The notes under the pieces were generated by a model. That model did no database searches, had not been told where the DNA came from, and was given only the letters and a program-made list of their open reading frames with translations. A DNA stretch of 64,000 nt, taken from Lama glama (lineage: Eukaryota). Every line of letters starts with the position of its first letter. The first letter of the stretch is position 1. The position numbers and the translations under genes are program-made. Below, piece by piece: positions 1-11,900 of the stretch. The stretch is taken from contig CM052816.1 in the NCBI GenBank assembly GCA_028534125.1, positions 50,966,001-51,030,000 on the forward strand, in the 5' to 3' direction.

Positions 1-2569
1 AACTCTTTCCAAATCTGCACCTCCAGCCAGGGCCACCCCTAGAGCATTTGAGACCTGGGCAAATGTTGTTTGCCAATCTCTGTCTCTATAAACAATTTGA
101 GTCACCCGTAATCTGCCTGTCAGCACCATTCTGGTGGCCCAATTTCACTCAATCATGAAAAAGAAAGACCCTGCCAGACAATGGAGTGATCCTCGTGAGA
201 TGACCCCATCCATGGTGTGCTGACATTTCCAGCTGTCCCAGGCACCAGAGGGCACTTTAAAAAGCTGGAGAAAGTCAATCCAAAGCCTGGGACCCCTGAG
301 GCACAGGGCTGGGCCAGTGGCCTGCTTTTCTTGGATGAAGAGGACACTGCCTCCAGCCTCAACCTCTGTTTCAAATTTCAAACTTGTCCGAAGTCTCCCA
401 TTTCCCCATATAACCATCCACCATCCAACCACTGGCACACTTCTACATATTCATTTCTCAATGATATACATCCACACATATGTGCATATTGTGTGTTTGT
501 CTCTGTCCTATCTCCAGGAGGTCACACTGCCCAAATGCTATGGAAGCCCTCCTGATGCCCAGACCACCACTATCACAATAGGGGAATGGAGGAAGGGCCT
601 ATCAAGTGCCACTTGATCAGCAATCCCATCTAAAAAAACAAACTTTGCTAACTTAATTTTGCCCAAAATTGTTGCTGGAAGGAGGAGGAGAGGAAGCCAT
701 GAGCTCAAAAGAAGAAGCTGGGTTGTAGAAAAACGATGTCCTTTCCTCTATGCCCAGAATTGGGACACAGCTAAGGCTCTCCCAAACCAAATGAGAAAAT
801 CAACCCTCTCACCCAAGATGGGCATAGAAAAGAGTTAAAAAGAACATAAGATTGAAGGGTTGTCTTCTCTCCCTCACTCCCCTTGTTCCCCAACTTTACC
901 CCATTTACCAGGAATGCTACTGATGGGAATGATTCATTGCTGAGAGCTGCCCCTGAGACATCTGGGGGACATGCCTACTGGTTCCCAGCGTTAAAGAAGG
1001 TCACCCCAGGGCTCAATAGGGCATCTTGGGTTGCAGCACTCACCCTGGGGACTGGCGTTAAGCTCTTCCAGGAAACTCTGAGTACTTGGAAGCCTCAAAA
1101 GAGGAAAGCAGTTGCCACAATCAATCAACAGAACTGCAAAGCACATATTCAGTTAAAACCTCAACATAAAGACCCCTAATGTTTTACTTCTTAAACCAAC
1201 ATTGTGACCTCGCTGCAATCTTCCATTTTGCACTCCCCATTTCTGTTTGCTAGGCAACAACTGGGCTCCTTTTGTTTTACTAGATAAATACTATGACCTT
1301 TTCCAAATACATATGATCACTTTCCCCTTTCTAATGGCTTTTGAAGCTTGCCATCTTGTGACTTCAGGCCTAGCTTACACGCCCCTGTTAAATGTCGTAA
1401 GTTTGTCCTACCTAAATGTCACAAGGTCCCTCCTCTTCTGCTGACTTCAAAACAATTTTGGGGGGGGGAGCATTCTTAGGTTGTCCACATGTACAGAAAT
1501 AGCCTGTGACTGAATATGTGAAGAATAGAGGGGTGATCACTCAATCTACCTTCCTCCTGAGTGCAGATGTTCCAAAAGCAACCAAAGCCATGTTCAAAAT
1601 TCTGAATCTAAGGACTTTTTTCCTGAAGAAAAATTCAGTGGTGTTTTCTTACTTAACGCCAGCTAACACGCACCCAAAATGTGGTTGACTCACCTTGTAT
1701 TTCTACCATGGACGTATCACAGGTAGAGTGTTCCCTGAGCATATGCGCAGATCTGCATGACCAGTGACCAAAATTAAACACACTCCCATTGCTTATGCTG
1801 ACATTCTACATCCTTGTTCATTGCTCTTCTTATTAACCACAAAAGGTGATTTGACAATAGCTCAGGTTATGAATGCCTAACAGAGTTCTTCACTCCCTTA
1901 CAGAATTCTGACATTCAATAAATGAGAGCAATATCACTGTTCACGAAACACCAAGTGATATCCCAAAAAGTACCCAACTTCATACCCTCAAAGTCTTTGG
2001 TGTTAAAGGAAACATACTCAGCAAATCATCATACTATGTGCAGGGCTGTGATCTCATTTATTTTCAAACCAAGATAAGATACTTGGTTGATTCTTTCTTG
2101 GAGGAATAGGACACAATTTTAGAATTAAATATTTGACTGTCACTTTGGGATATGGGCTTATAAACTAGCATTAATCATGTTGAACAGCCAATTAATGTAA
2201 GCAGTAAAGACCTTCCCAATTACCCTCCAAATTCCCTTGAGAGAGGCATCCAAGGTCACAATGAAATCCTTACATTTTAAAAGGATGAACACATTGAGAA
2301 ATTTTCTTCCAGTTTATCAATAAGTCCAAGACACAGAATAAAAAAGGATTGGACTTTGGGAAAATATTCTCAAAGAAGTGGAATAGATTTGTAGATTCTA
2401 ATTACATAGCAAAAAGAAATCAAGCCCTTCACCTGTCTCTGGGAAAACACTGTAGACTGATGTATCAGTATAGCCATCTCCCTCTCCTGCGAATCTAATC
2501 AACCAAGCATTTTCTTTCACAAAGGCATCTTACAACTTTATTTAGTTTGGAGGCTCCTTGTATACAATC

Positions 2570-3015
2570 TTCAAAATGCTGCCAGAGTGGTCATCCTAAA
2601 ATATAAACCCAATCATCTCGCTTCCTTGCTTAAAATCCTTCCAGTTTCACTGACTTCATATAAATCTCAAACACCTTAGCACGGCCCCCTTCCTTACACC
2701 ATCTCTTTCCACTCCCCAACTCTCAGCCTGTGTTCCCATTGTAATGCATCATTTCCAGTTCCCAGAACGCTCCATGTCCTTTCATGCTGCCGTGGCTTTG
2801 CTCATGGTGTTCCTTGTTCCTGGAGTGCTATTCCTTCCACCGACTACTTGGATTAATCTCCTAGGTAAGTTTGTTCAATTCTCAAGACCAAGCTGATTCT
2901 TCCTCAGAAAGTCTTCCTTAGCCTTATCAATCTGGTCTAGACTTCCTCCTCTCTGCTCCTGTAGCATTGGTTCATACTTGTATTGTAGACCTTATTACAC
3001 TATCCTGTTTTCATC
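2570..3015 (+). mobile_element. L2 LINE 3' region fragment
   Basis: 'gctgccagagtggtcatcctaaaatataaacccaatcat...cttgcttaaaatccttcca...ggctttgctcatggtgttccttgttcctggagtgc' follows the recalled L2 3' consensus. Confidence 0.75.
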
Positions 3016-3289
3016 CACTTATAGAAAATGAAATTATACAGAAATTCTCTCAAATAGAATGATATGAAAGGAAATGCTATGTAAAAGTATGTCACAAATA
3101 TTAAAAAGTATGTAAATATAACACAAAAAGACTCTGTAGAGCCATTTTTCCCTCCCTGATAGCCCAGGAACTTTTCTTTCCTTCTGTCCTCTGTAATCTC
3201 TGGCAAGACCTTTAGGTATCCTTTAATTGATTAGAGTCACAAAACAGAAAGCATGATGGCCCTCTTGGACCCTCTTTAAGATCATGAAC

Positions 3290-3480
3290 CAGAAGGTACT
3301 TGAATCACCTTTGCTCACATCCTGTTGGCCATACCTTGTGACAAAAGAGGGGAGAAATGTAGTCTCCAGTTATATGGCCACATGCCAAGCTAAACCTAGG
3401 GGTTCTCATATTTAAAAAAAGAAACAAAGAGGAGGAGAAGGAAGAGTAGGAAAAACTACATGCTGGAGGACATCTAGCAA
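3290..3480 (-). mobile_element. Old MLT1 (J/K/L-like) MaLR LTR fragment
   Basis: 'ttgctcacatcctgttggcc...gggagaaatgtagtctcc...ggccacatgccaagctaaa' resembles old MLT1 LTRs. Confidence 0.45.
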
Positions 3481-4636
3481 TGAGTAACTTAAACAGTAAG
3501 AAAAAGCTAATGGATAGAGAGTAAATAGAGAAGTTTTCAAAAACAGAATTCCAGAAATATTTTGAACACAGTTTCCCATCACCTAATACAGGAAGCAGTG
3601 ACTGGAGAATTCACGGAGAAATGGAGAAAGAGAACAGAATCAGAGCTTGACTATGTTGAATATACTCCTATTTTATAGGAATGGATAACTTATCTCTCAA
3701 ATTGAAAACATGAGCTTTAGACATAACAGTCCCTGAGCTTTTTAACCTCTGGGCTATAAATTAGTAGATATGCATCTACCCGGCTTGTGAAATTTTTCTC
3801 TTGGTAGATGGAAGAAGAGCCCAGCATATACAAAGTAGTTTCCTGAGGTTTGATATAGTAAAAGTAAAGATTGCAACAAAATGACATGCTCTGCCAAAAC
3901 TTAGGGAACTCACTAATTTCCCCCATGGCTTCTGTACTTGCTCAATTTCTGCACAGCATGACCCTGAAAGGAGCAACTTTTATTACTTAAAAATAAACCC
4001 TGAGTATCATATAAAAATGTATTTTGCAACAACCGACCTAAACTTTGATTTCTAAAGCATCCGGGCCTTTGGTTTTCCTCCTGCTGCTGAATGTCACATT
4101 CACGTCAAAAAGCTAATCCTTTGTACTCTGTGCTGTTCACTGACATGTCTGTTCTCTAGGAACTTGACACTAGTCATCAGTAGGGACTGTGCTTGACTCA
4201 CCTTTAGGAATCACAGAAAAGAGAACAATCAGGAAGAAAGGCCACTATGGCAGAAGCCAACTTTAAGATCTTCTGGGAGATTCTGATTTCTTGGTTGGGG
4301 GCCTTACGTTAACTTCCCAAGGCGAAAAAAATAAATAAATGACCTTGACAAGATGAGGTAAAAAGTTAGGCAGTTACTGGAGAAAATAATGACTCACTGA
4401 AAAGAACAAGAAAGAAAGATAAAGGCAGAGAGATAGACAGACATACAGACACACAGACATACATCTTTGTGGAAAGAATAGATACAAGAAAAGACAGCTA
4501 AGCTTCTAGAGCAGGGGCATAATTTTGCTCTATTGGCCAATAGAAAGCCATGGTAGTAGCTTTACAAAATAATTTATAGTTTTGTTCCTAGCAACGTCAT
4601 GTAACAAAATGACCACAGATTCTTCCTGCTTTCAAA

Positions 4637-4672
4637 CACACATACATGCACATGCACACACACACACAAACA
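4637..4672. repeat. Imperfect (CA)n microsatellite
   Basis: 'acacacatacatgcacatgcacacacacacacaaaca'. Confidence 0.8.
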
Positions 4673-5814
4673 CATTTTAAATGCATATCTGACTTCATAC
4701 AAATGTAAAAGAAATTTCTAGAGACCCAAAGTGAAGGAGAAAGTAAAACCCAGGGTGGGAATCCTTGAAAGGTTTGTCAGCCTCAGGAACCCCAAAGGGC
4801 TTAATTGCTAACACATAGATGGGGACAGACCTATACCTACATTGCAAGGGTATTTTAGAAAAAAAATTTCCACTAATCTAGCAAGCTTGTCTATTTGGGC
4901 CTGGGATCTGAATGGGTGAGACAGTCTTCCCTGGAAATACATAATCACAGGCATGCCACATTTGGGTTTGGGGTTCAAATTTATACTTCCTATTTGGTCC
5001 AGAATCTACCAGGTGAGAAATAACATAGAAATAGACCCAAGGATAATGATACCTGGGGTAACTGACACAGACAACCACTCTTGGGTAAGAGATATACGTC
5101 CAACACAGGCCAGACAAAAGTCTTCAAGCAAAGCCCTGCTTAAGATTTCTTACAACCCCAAATTTCAAAACACCTAAGAAAGAATTCAGAATGAACTAAA
5201 GAAGCAGATATGACAAACAGCAATACTGAACTCTAAGAACTGTAGATTGTAGAACTATTAGCAAGAAACTATAGAATTTGTGTGTTCAAAGAATAAAGAC
5301 ATAAAAGAAACTTAAAAGCAATAAAAATATACGAAACAGTATCTAAAAAGAATGGGTAGATTTGAAGAAAAAATAGAACTTATAGAAATTAAAAACAAAG
5401 GCACTGAAATTAAAAGTCCAATTGCTGGCTCAAACTGAAAATTAATCACACCCAAAGAAAGAACTAATGAACTAAAATTAGGTGTGAGGAATTAATCCCA
5501 AATGCAGCACAGAGAGATAAAGAGATAGAAAATATGAAAGAGGGTTAAAAGTCATGAAAGGAAGAATGAGAAGGCACAACATAAACAACAGTCATGTCAG
5601 AAAGAGAACTGGTAGAAAGATAATATTTGAAATAACATCTGAAAAATTTTTAGAATCTTTCAGAATTGACCAAGAACATGATCCTTGGATAGAGAAAACA
5701 TAATTATTTCAAAACATAGTAAATAAAATGTACCTATGTAGATTTATTATAGTGAAATTGCAGAACATCAGAGACAAAGAGATAGGAGAGCATGCAAAAA
5801 GAAAAATGGATTAT

Positions 5815-5816
5815 AA

Positions 5817-5881
<65 letters not shown>

Positions 5882-5985
5882 AAAGAAAAGAAAAGAAAAG
5901 GGAAAGAAAAGAAAAGAGAAAGAAAAGAAAAGGGAAAGAAAGGGAAAGAAAGAGGAAGGAAGGAAGAGAAAGAGCAAAAAAAGAA
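5815..5985. repeat. Compound purine microsatellite: (AAAG)15, then (AAAAG)n and (GGAA)n variants
   Basis: Perfect AAAG units at 5821-5880; no pyrimidine from 5815 to 5974. Confidence 0.98.
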
Positions 5986-6289
5986 ACACTTCTCAATAAA
6001 TTAAAAGCCTGAACACATGGAATAATTTTCAAAGCACTTCAGTTTAACAACTTTAGCTGTTTGATAGGGATAAACTTTCTGAAATGTTTGGGAAAATGCC
6101 TTCATAGGGTCTTTAACTCTCAAATAATAAATTATCTGGGCAAACAATTTGTGAAGCTGACAGTTACTTTGTCTCAATGCTTTGAGTCTAGAAAAATCAA
6201 TGAATTAGATAAATGATAAACATGTAGGTAGATCTAAACAAATCCCTGAATATGTATAATAATAATAACTAACAACTAATGTAGGTAAT

Positions 6290-7757
6290 TGTGATGATGT
6301 TTAATTTTATGTGTCAGTTTGGCTGGGCCATGGTGTCCAGGTAGTTGGTCAAACTTCACAAATATTTCTGTTAAGATATTTTTTTGGATGGGATTAACAT
6401 TTAAATCAGCAGACTTAGAGTAAAGCAAATTGTCCTCCACCATGTGGAGGGTCTCATCCAATCAGCTGAAGGCCTTAAGGAAAAAAACTGACCTCCCCTG
6501 AAGAGGGGGGAATTCTACCAATAGATCACCTTTGTCACTACAAAGGAGATTTTAGATTTGCCAGCCTGCACAATTATGTGAGCCAATTCCTTAAGATAAT
6601 TTTTTTTCCTCTCTAAGGCTCTCTCCTTCTCCCTACTTATTTATTTATTAAATTTTTAAATATTTATATTAAAGTTTTTATTCTCCAGAGAAACAGAACA
6701 AGTAAGATGTATGTGTATGTGAACGTATGTGTGCATAAAAACACACACACGTTTGTATGTGTATGTTTAGAAAAGCTAGACTCCTTCCCTCATTTCTCCT
6801 TTACTTTCACACTACTCCCACACTCACAACACTTTTGATGCCAGATGTGTGGAGGTTTTTTCCACGCCAATCAGTTCTGAGATATCAGGTAGGTGTCTTA
6901 CAATTCAACTCAGTTCTGATACTATCTACCTGAAGATAGCATCAGATCCCACAGGTTAAGGGCTCAGTACCACAGGACCGCCCTCCCCACCGTGCCCTAC
7001 GTTTCTGATGCCAATCACAAGTCCAGGTTTTTACCTGTTCTTCTGATTGATGGATTATAAATCAAAGGTTCTCATGACTCCCTCCTTGGATTCAACTAAT
7101 TTGCTAGAGTGGCTCACAGAATTTGGAAAACAGTTTACTTACTGTTTACCAGCTTATCAGAAAAGTATATAAAGGATACAGATAAACATCCAGATAGAAG
7201 ACACGCATACAAGTTACGTGGGACCCAGAGCTTCCATGCCCTCTCTGAGCATGCCACTCTCCCAGCACCTCCACATGTTTGGCAACCAGGAAGCTCTCAA
7301 AACCCCACACTGTTGGGATTTTTATGGAGGTTTCATCACGTAGGTATAATCAATGATTAACTCCATTTCTAGCCCCTTTCTCCTCCCTGGAGAATGGGGA
7401 GGGGGTGTGGCTGAAAATTCCAAGCTTCTAATCATGGCTTGACTTTTCTGGTGACCAGCCTCCAACCAGGAGCCACAAGAGTCACTTCATTAGAACAAAA
7501 GACATTCGTTCTAATACCCAATAAATTCCAAGGAGTTTAAGAGCTCAGTGTCAGGCACCTGAGTCAAAGAACAAATATTAGAACAAAAGATGCTCCTCGT
7601 GCTCTTATCACTTTGAAATTTACAAGGGTTTTAGGAGCTTTGTGCCAAGAACTAGGGGCAGAGATCGATATATATTTTTTTCTATTATTTCACATGAAAT
7701 TATATATATATAATTACACGCTGTATTTGTTTTATTTCTCTGGAAAACTCTAATATA
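6290..7757 (+). mobile_element. MLT2 (ERVL) solo LTR inserted in the L1 and itself interrupted by a MER21-type LTR
   Basis: Starts 'tgtgatgatgtttaattttatgtgtcagtttggctgggccatgg', contains 'ctcatccaatcagctgaaggcc', ends 'tttctctggaaaactctaatata'. Flanks gtaat (6285-6289) and gtaaa (7758-7762) resemble a 5-bp TSD. Confidence 0.85.
6764..7694 (-). mobile_element. MER21-family (MER21B-like) LTR
   Basis: Contains 'caattcaactcagttctgatactatctacctgaagatagcatcagatcccacaggttaagggctcag'. The right end reverse-complements to 'tgtgaaataatagaaaaaaatatatatcgatctctgcccctagttcttggcacaaagctcctaaaaccctt', the recalled MER21 start. Confidence 0.85.
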
Positions 7758-8954
7758 GTAAAAAGTAACATAAATACTAGGTGGCACTAAACTACTTCAC
7801 AATAATAATTTACAATAAGGAGGATCTTGATTGGAGGTGAACTGTTACACAGTTGATCAACATTCAAGAGAAGTGTAGGTAGAGAGAGCAACTTTTGATT
7901 TTGTGGCTGAATGCTTGTTAGATTTTTTTAAGGTAATCATTAAAAAAGAATAGGACTAGAATGTATAACTTCTAAACTAGTAGAGATAATCAAGAAAAGC
8001 CCATCAATATAAAAAATGGCAGGAAGAAAAACACACAGAACAAGCAGGAAAAAAAGAGAAAGCAAAAAGGATAGAAATAAACCAAAACTTACTGGTAATA
8101 AGTAGCCTAAAGTTGCCCATTAAAAAGAATTGCCATATTGAATAAAAAGAGCAAAATTATCCTCTATGCTCTTTAGAATAAACACATTTTAAAGACTGGA
8201 ACAAAGTAATATTGGAATTAAAGAAGGCACACTAAACAAACATAAATCAAAAGAAAATAGTATAACTCTGTTAATATCAAACTAAATGAAATTTAAGGCA
8301 AAAAAGTAATTGCTAAGGATAAAGATGGTTATTACATTACAAGGAAAGGAACAGTGCACCAGGGAGATATAAGTCTAAATGTGCACGCACAGTGAAATAG
8401 TCTCAGACTACATAAAGCAGTGAGACTCATTTAGATGTGATGTCTGCACACAGCTATTAATAGGGTTTGCAGTATTCTAGCATTGAGATTCTTCAGGGAA
8501 AGCAATTAGTCCAGCCACAGGAAGACTGAAAACAGACATCTGTAGAACCAAAAAGTTTAAGATGAGAACCATGCAGCTCCACCTATATTGGCCCAAGAGT
8601 CACAGCAAGGCAAGAGCCCACTGGCTGAGGAAAGGCAAATTTTCCTTTTTATTAGAGTTCTCGGGAAGGAGTTAGAACTAGGAATGTAAAGATCTCCCAT
8701 TTCCCCAGTCTCTCACTTCCTCCCTGGCAGTAAGCCAGACACTTAAGGTAGGTCCTACATTCTTCAGCAGCATCTCAAGATGGTCCCATGAGGGATCTAA
8801 CTCATTTATGGATGTGGCCTCCACCCAGGGAGACTCTGCTTCATTACTTCCTATGATAAAGTGTAACAATAACAACCTGAGACAGGCCCAGGTCTATTAC
8901 AAAGGAAGCTTCTGAGTTTCCTCCTTCAATTAAGATTACACAATCTGACTTCAG

Positions 8955-9160
8955 AGGTAGAATATCATGGTAGCTAAAAGCCTAGGCCTGGTTGTCAGGT
9001 GGTCATGGGTTCAAATTCTAACCGCAACAAGTAAACTATACAGTAACTTGGGGCTTAAACTCTGTGTGCCTCAGTTTCTACATTTATCAGAAGTGAAATA
9101 GTATACATAAATACTTAATATTTGCCACAGAACAATCATAGATTGGTTGTGATGATGATG
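8955..9160 (+). mobile_element. MIR SINE
   Basis: 'gggttcaaattctaacc...cttaaactctgtgtgcctcagtttctacattt' MIR core. Confidence 0.75.
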
Positions 9161-11464
9161 ACAATGATAATGATGGTCTCATCCCCTCTAAGGTATCTCT
9201 TTCCAGTTATTCAGACCCAAATGGAATTCTGGAGTCCTTCACAAGCTGGGCACAGAGCCTTCTATCACACCATTCTCCTTTTACATACAACTAGGGTGAA
9301 TGTTTTATACCAAGTCAGCACCTTCTTCTACTCTCCTGGTGTCTCTGTTGCACTCCTTGGCAGTGCCCTCTGCAACTAACTGAAGACAAGGAAGGTCAGT
9401 TCATGATCAGCGGAAGTGACCACTGTGCCCCTTTGCTGAATAACCTGCAGAAACCAAGGAAGTGCTGGGGTACCAACCTGTACTTTTACCAATAGCAGTA
9501 CCTGGAATTGCCCTATTTTCATCACATTTGAGTCATCCAATAAGGAGAAAAGGCTTTTCCACTTGTCTCTCTTTTGCAGGAAGAATTGGGAAGAACATGC
9601 TGTTCTTGAGATCCGTCCTGGATCTGGTCAGCTTTTCCTGCTTCTGTCTCTCATGAGCAAAGCACCAAGGGGCTCTCTGAGTCACAGCTGCATGGGCTCC
9701 GACTCCTATCCTGATTCACAGCCTGCTCTGAGGGATATATGGTCAACCAAGAAGAAGGGGATGTGCCATAATGTCTGTAGACGCCTTTCAATATCTAAAC
9801 CCTATGTCACTCCCACTCCCTACTCCAAGAACAGCCTTCTGGTAGGAGCAGAGGGAATTCTTTTCCCCTATACCTCAGGGCCTGGGATTCCAGCTCCCAC
9901 AGCACACCAGAGTACTGACTGAGGCAATCCGCCAAGCTTCCCTGTGCCAGGTAGCCTCCAACTTAAATTCCTTCTAGTTCAGAAAAGTAAAGGGAAGAAC
10001 AAGGACCAACTCTCCCCTCCACAAGAAAAGAATAAATGTCTTCTATAGACTCACACATAAATGTATTGAAAAAGAACATTCATGATGTGAGGAGAAAGGA
10101 AAATCTATCCTGGCGTAACTACCTCAAGTCCCTTTGTGGATTTGTGATTAACCCAAGAATTTTTCAGCTCCTGGTTCTGGTCTTTCTTCCCATTACTTTT
10201 TGTTTGTTTGTTTGTTTGTTTCTTCATTTATTATTTAAGATATTTACCTGGTTGACTGGAGAACAAATCATACCAGAACAAAATCAACTACAGGCATTTG
10301 GCTGGTTTCCTATAAACAGTTACTCACTCTGAGTGGTACAGTCTGTAAGCCCAAAAGCCAATCAGTCTCAATCATTCTGATATTTTTATTCAGCCTTTGG
10401 TAAGATATGAGAACAAGGGAACTTGCTTTCATCTCTTTCCTGCATGAAGTCACATAAATACATTCTATTCCCATTTATCTATGGAAAGTGTCTTCTTCTG
10501 CTCCTGTGTTTCTGATTTTCTCTCACTTTGGCGTGGCCCATGAATCAATTCACATGACCACATCACAACTCAACAGTTGTTTTGAGACTCTGCAATGAGA
10601 ACCTCTTTCCTGAAACTGCAAGGGCTTCTCAGATGTTAACATGTAGACAAACAATGGTTTGACTTTTTTTTCCCTCAGTTGGCTGCAGCTCCCTTCTGTG
10701 GGGATACTGTGGAGCTAAACAGATGGAAAGACAGAGAAAGCAGATTGCTTTTCAGATCAGAGAGCGAAGTTAACCATTTGCAGCCCTAACGAGCTGGAAC
10801 TGAAATTTAGCATAGTTCTTTTCAGATGAAAAGAAAACTAGCAGGAGCAGTGATCTTGAGCTTTCTGCCCTGTCCATTGTCGGTATCAGTTGGGAAGCCT
10901 CTGATGAGCCAGAGGAGAAAGCAACAAAGAAATAGGAAGTGCTTGCTCCAAGGAGGCTTCACTCCTCATCCAGCAGTGCCTCCCAGGACACACACAAAAC
11001 TCCCAAGACATGTGCTCCACAAAGTTTATCAAAAAGCATGTCTCCTTCCTGCCCGGAAGCCAACAGGTCTGCACCCCTCTGCAATTTGGAATCTGATTCT
11101 TTATTTGGTGTCCAGCCAGAGAGCAGGCAAGGTCCAGGGGGCTTTGACCAATTTCTCTGGCAGACGCTCCTCAATTCAAGGGGCAGTGTCAGCTAGGCAG
11201 TGTTCTCAGAACCCACCTCCAAACCTCCAGTTGCACAAGCTGTTGAAAGGGGCAGTGTTGGAATGTGCTGCCTACCCAGCGAGTGAACAGATAGCCGTAC
11301 TCTGCCCGGCGTGGATGAGGAATGTCAGCGCCAAGCCCTGAGAATCTAATGCCCAATAAATCTGATACTCACCAGGACTATAATCAAAATTTTAAATTAA
11401 AGAAAAATTAGCCAGCTAATCAACCTGAGAACAGCAAGTCACCAAATTAATCACTATTTTGATT

Positions 11465-11900
11465 AACTAACATTTGTTCAGAACTCTGTGGTTGATGACC
11501 CGATACAGTATCTTATTTAACCTTTGTAATACTTCTGAAGTATAAAGATTATTCTGCACTTTTATTATCAGGCACCAGAGCCCCAGCTAGACTACAATTA
11601 GTAAATGGCAAAGCCCAAATTAGAATCCCGGTCTTTGAGCTCATAGCTTGTTTATTTTTGTACTTGACCTCAGCATCTTCATGTGGCAAGTTGTTATATG
11701 TGTCTCCAAAGTTCCCCCACACATTTTAATCCATTTTACTCATACAACTCTGTAAGATGTACACTATTATTATGTTTATTTTTATAGATGAGAAATTTAT
11801 ACACAGAAAGATTAAGGAATTAGGCCAAAATCCTTCAGTTAATTAACGGCCACTATCCAGGTCTCCTGAGGTCCCAATCTAATGTTCTTTGGGCATTATG
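11465..11900 (-). mobile_element. Two adjacent degenerate MIR SINEs
   Basis: 'ttatttaacctttgtaatacttctgaag...ttagtaaatggcaaagcccaaattagaatccc' and 'caactctgtaagatg...tttatagatgagaaa...agaaagattaagg'. Confidence 0.65.

Larger units (their letters stand above)
4580..8420 (+). mobile_element. Ancient L1 (L1M/L1ME-like): 5' region, decayed ORF1 and start of the ORF2 endonuclease; interrupted by a microsatellite and LTR insertions
   Basis: A-rich ORF1-like text 'cccaaatgcagcacagagagataaagagatagaaaatatgaaagag' (~5500). Endonuclease-like text 'aatcaaaagaaaatag...ttaatatcaaactaaatgaaatttaaggcaaaa...aaagatggttattacatt' (8240-8400). The 5' boundary is approximate. Confidence 0.75.

Noticed and set aside
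145..616. Cluster of overlapping ORFs at the window start
   Set aside because: No recognisable protein and no convincing splice boundaries.
5728..6032. Lys/Glu/Arg-rich and Phe/Leu/Ser-rich ORFs
   Set aside because: They are translations of the (AAAG)n microsatellite.
10826..11341. Longest ORF (171 aa)
   Set aside because: No recognisable domain or coding-like composition; overlapping ORFs in other frames suggest chance.
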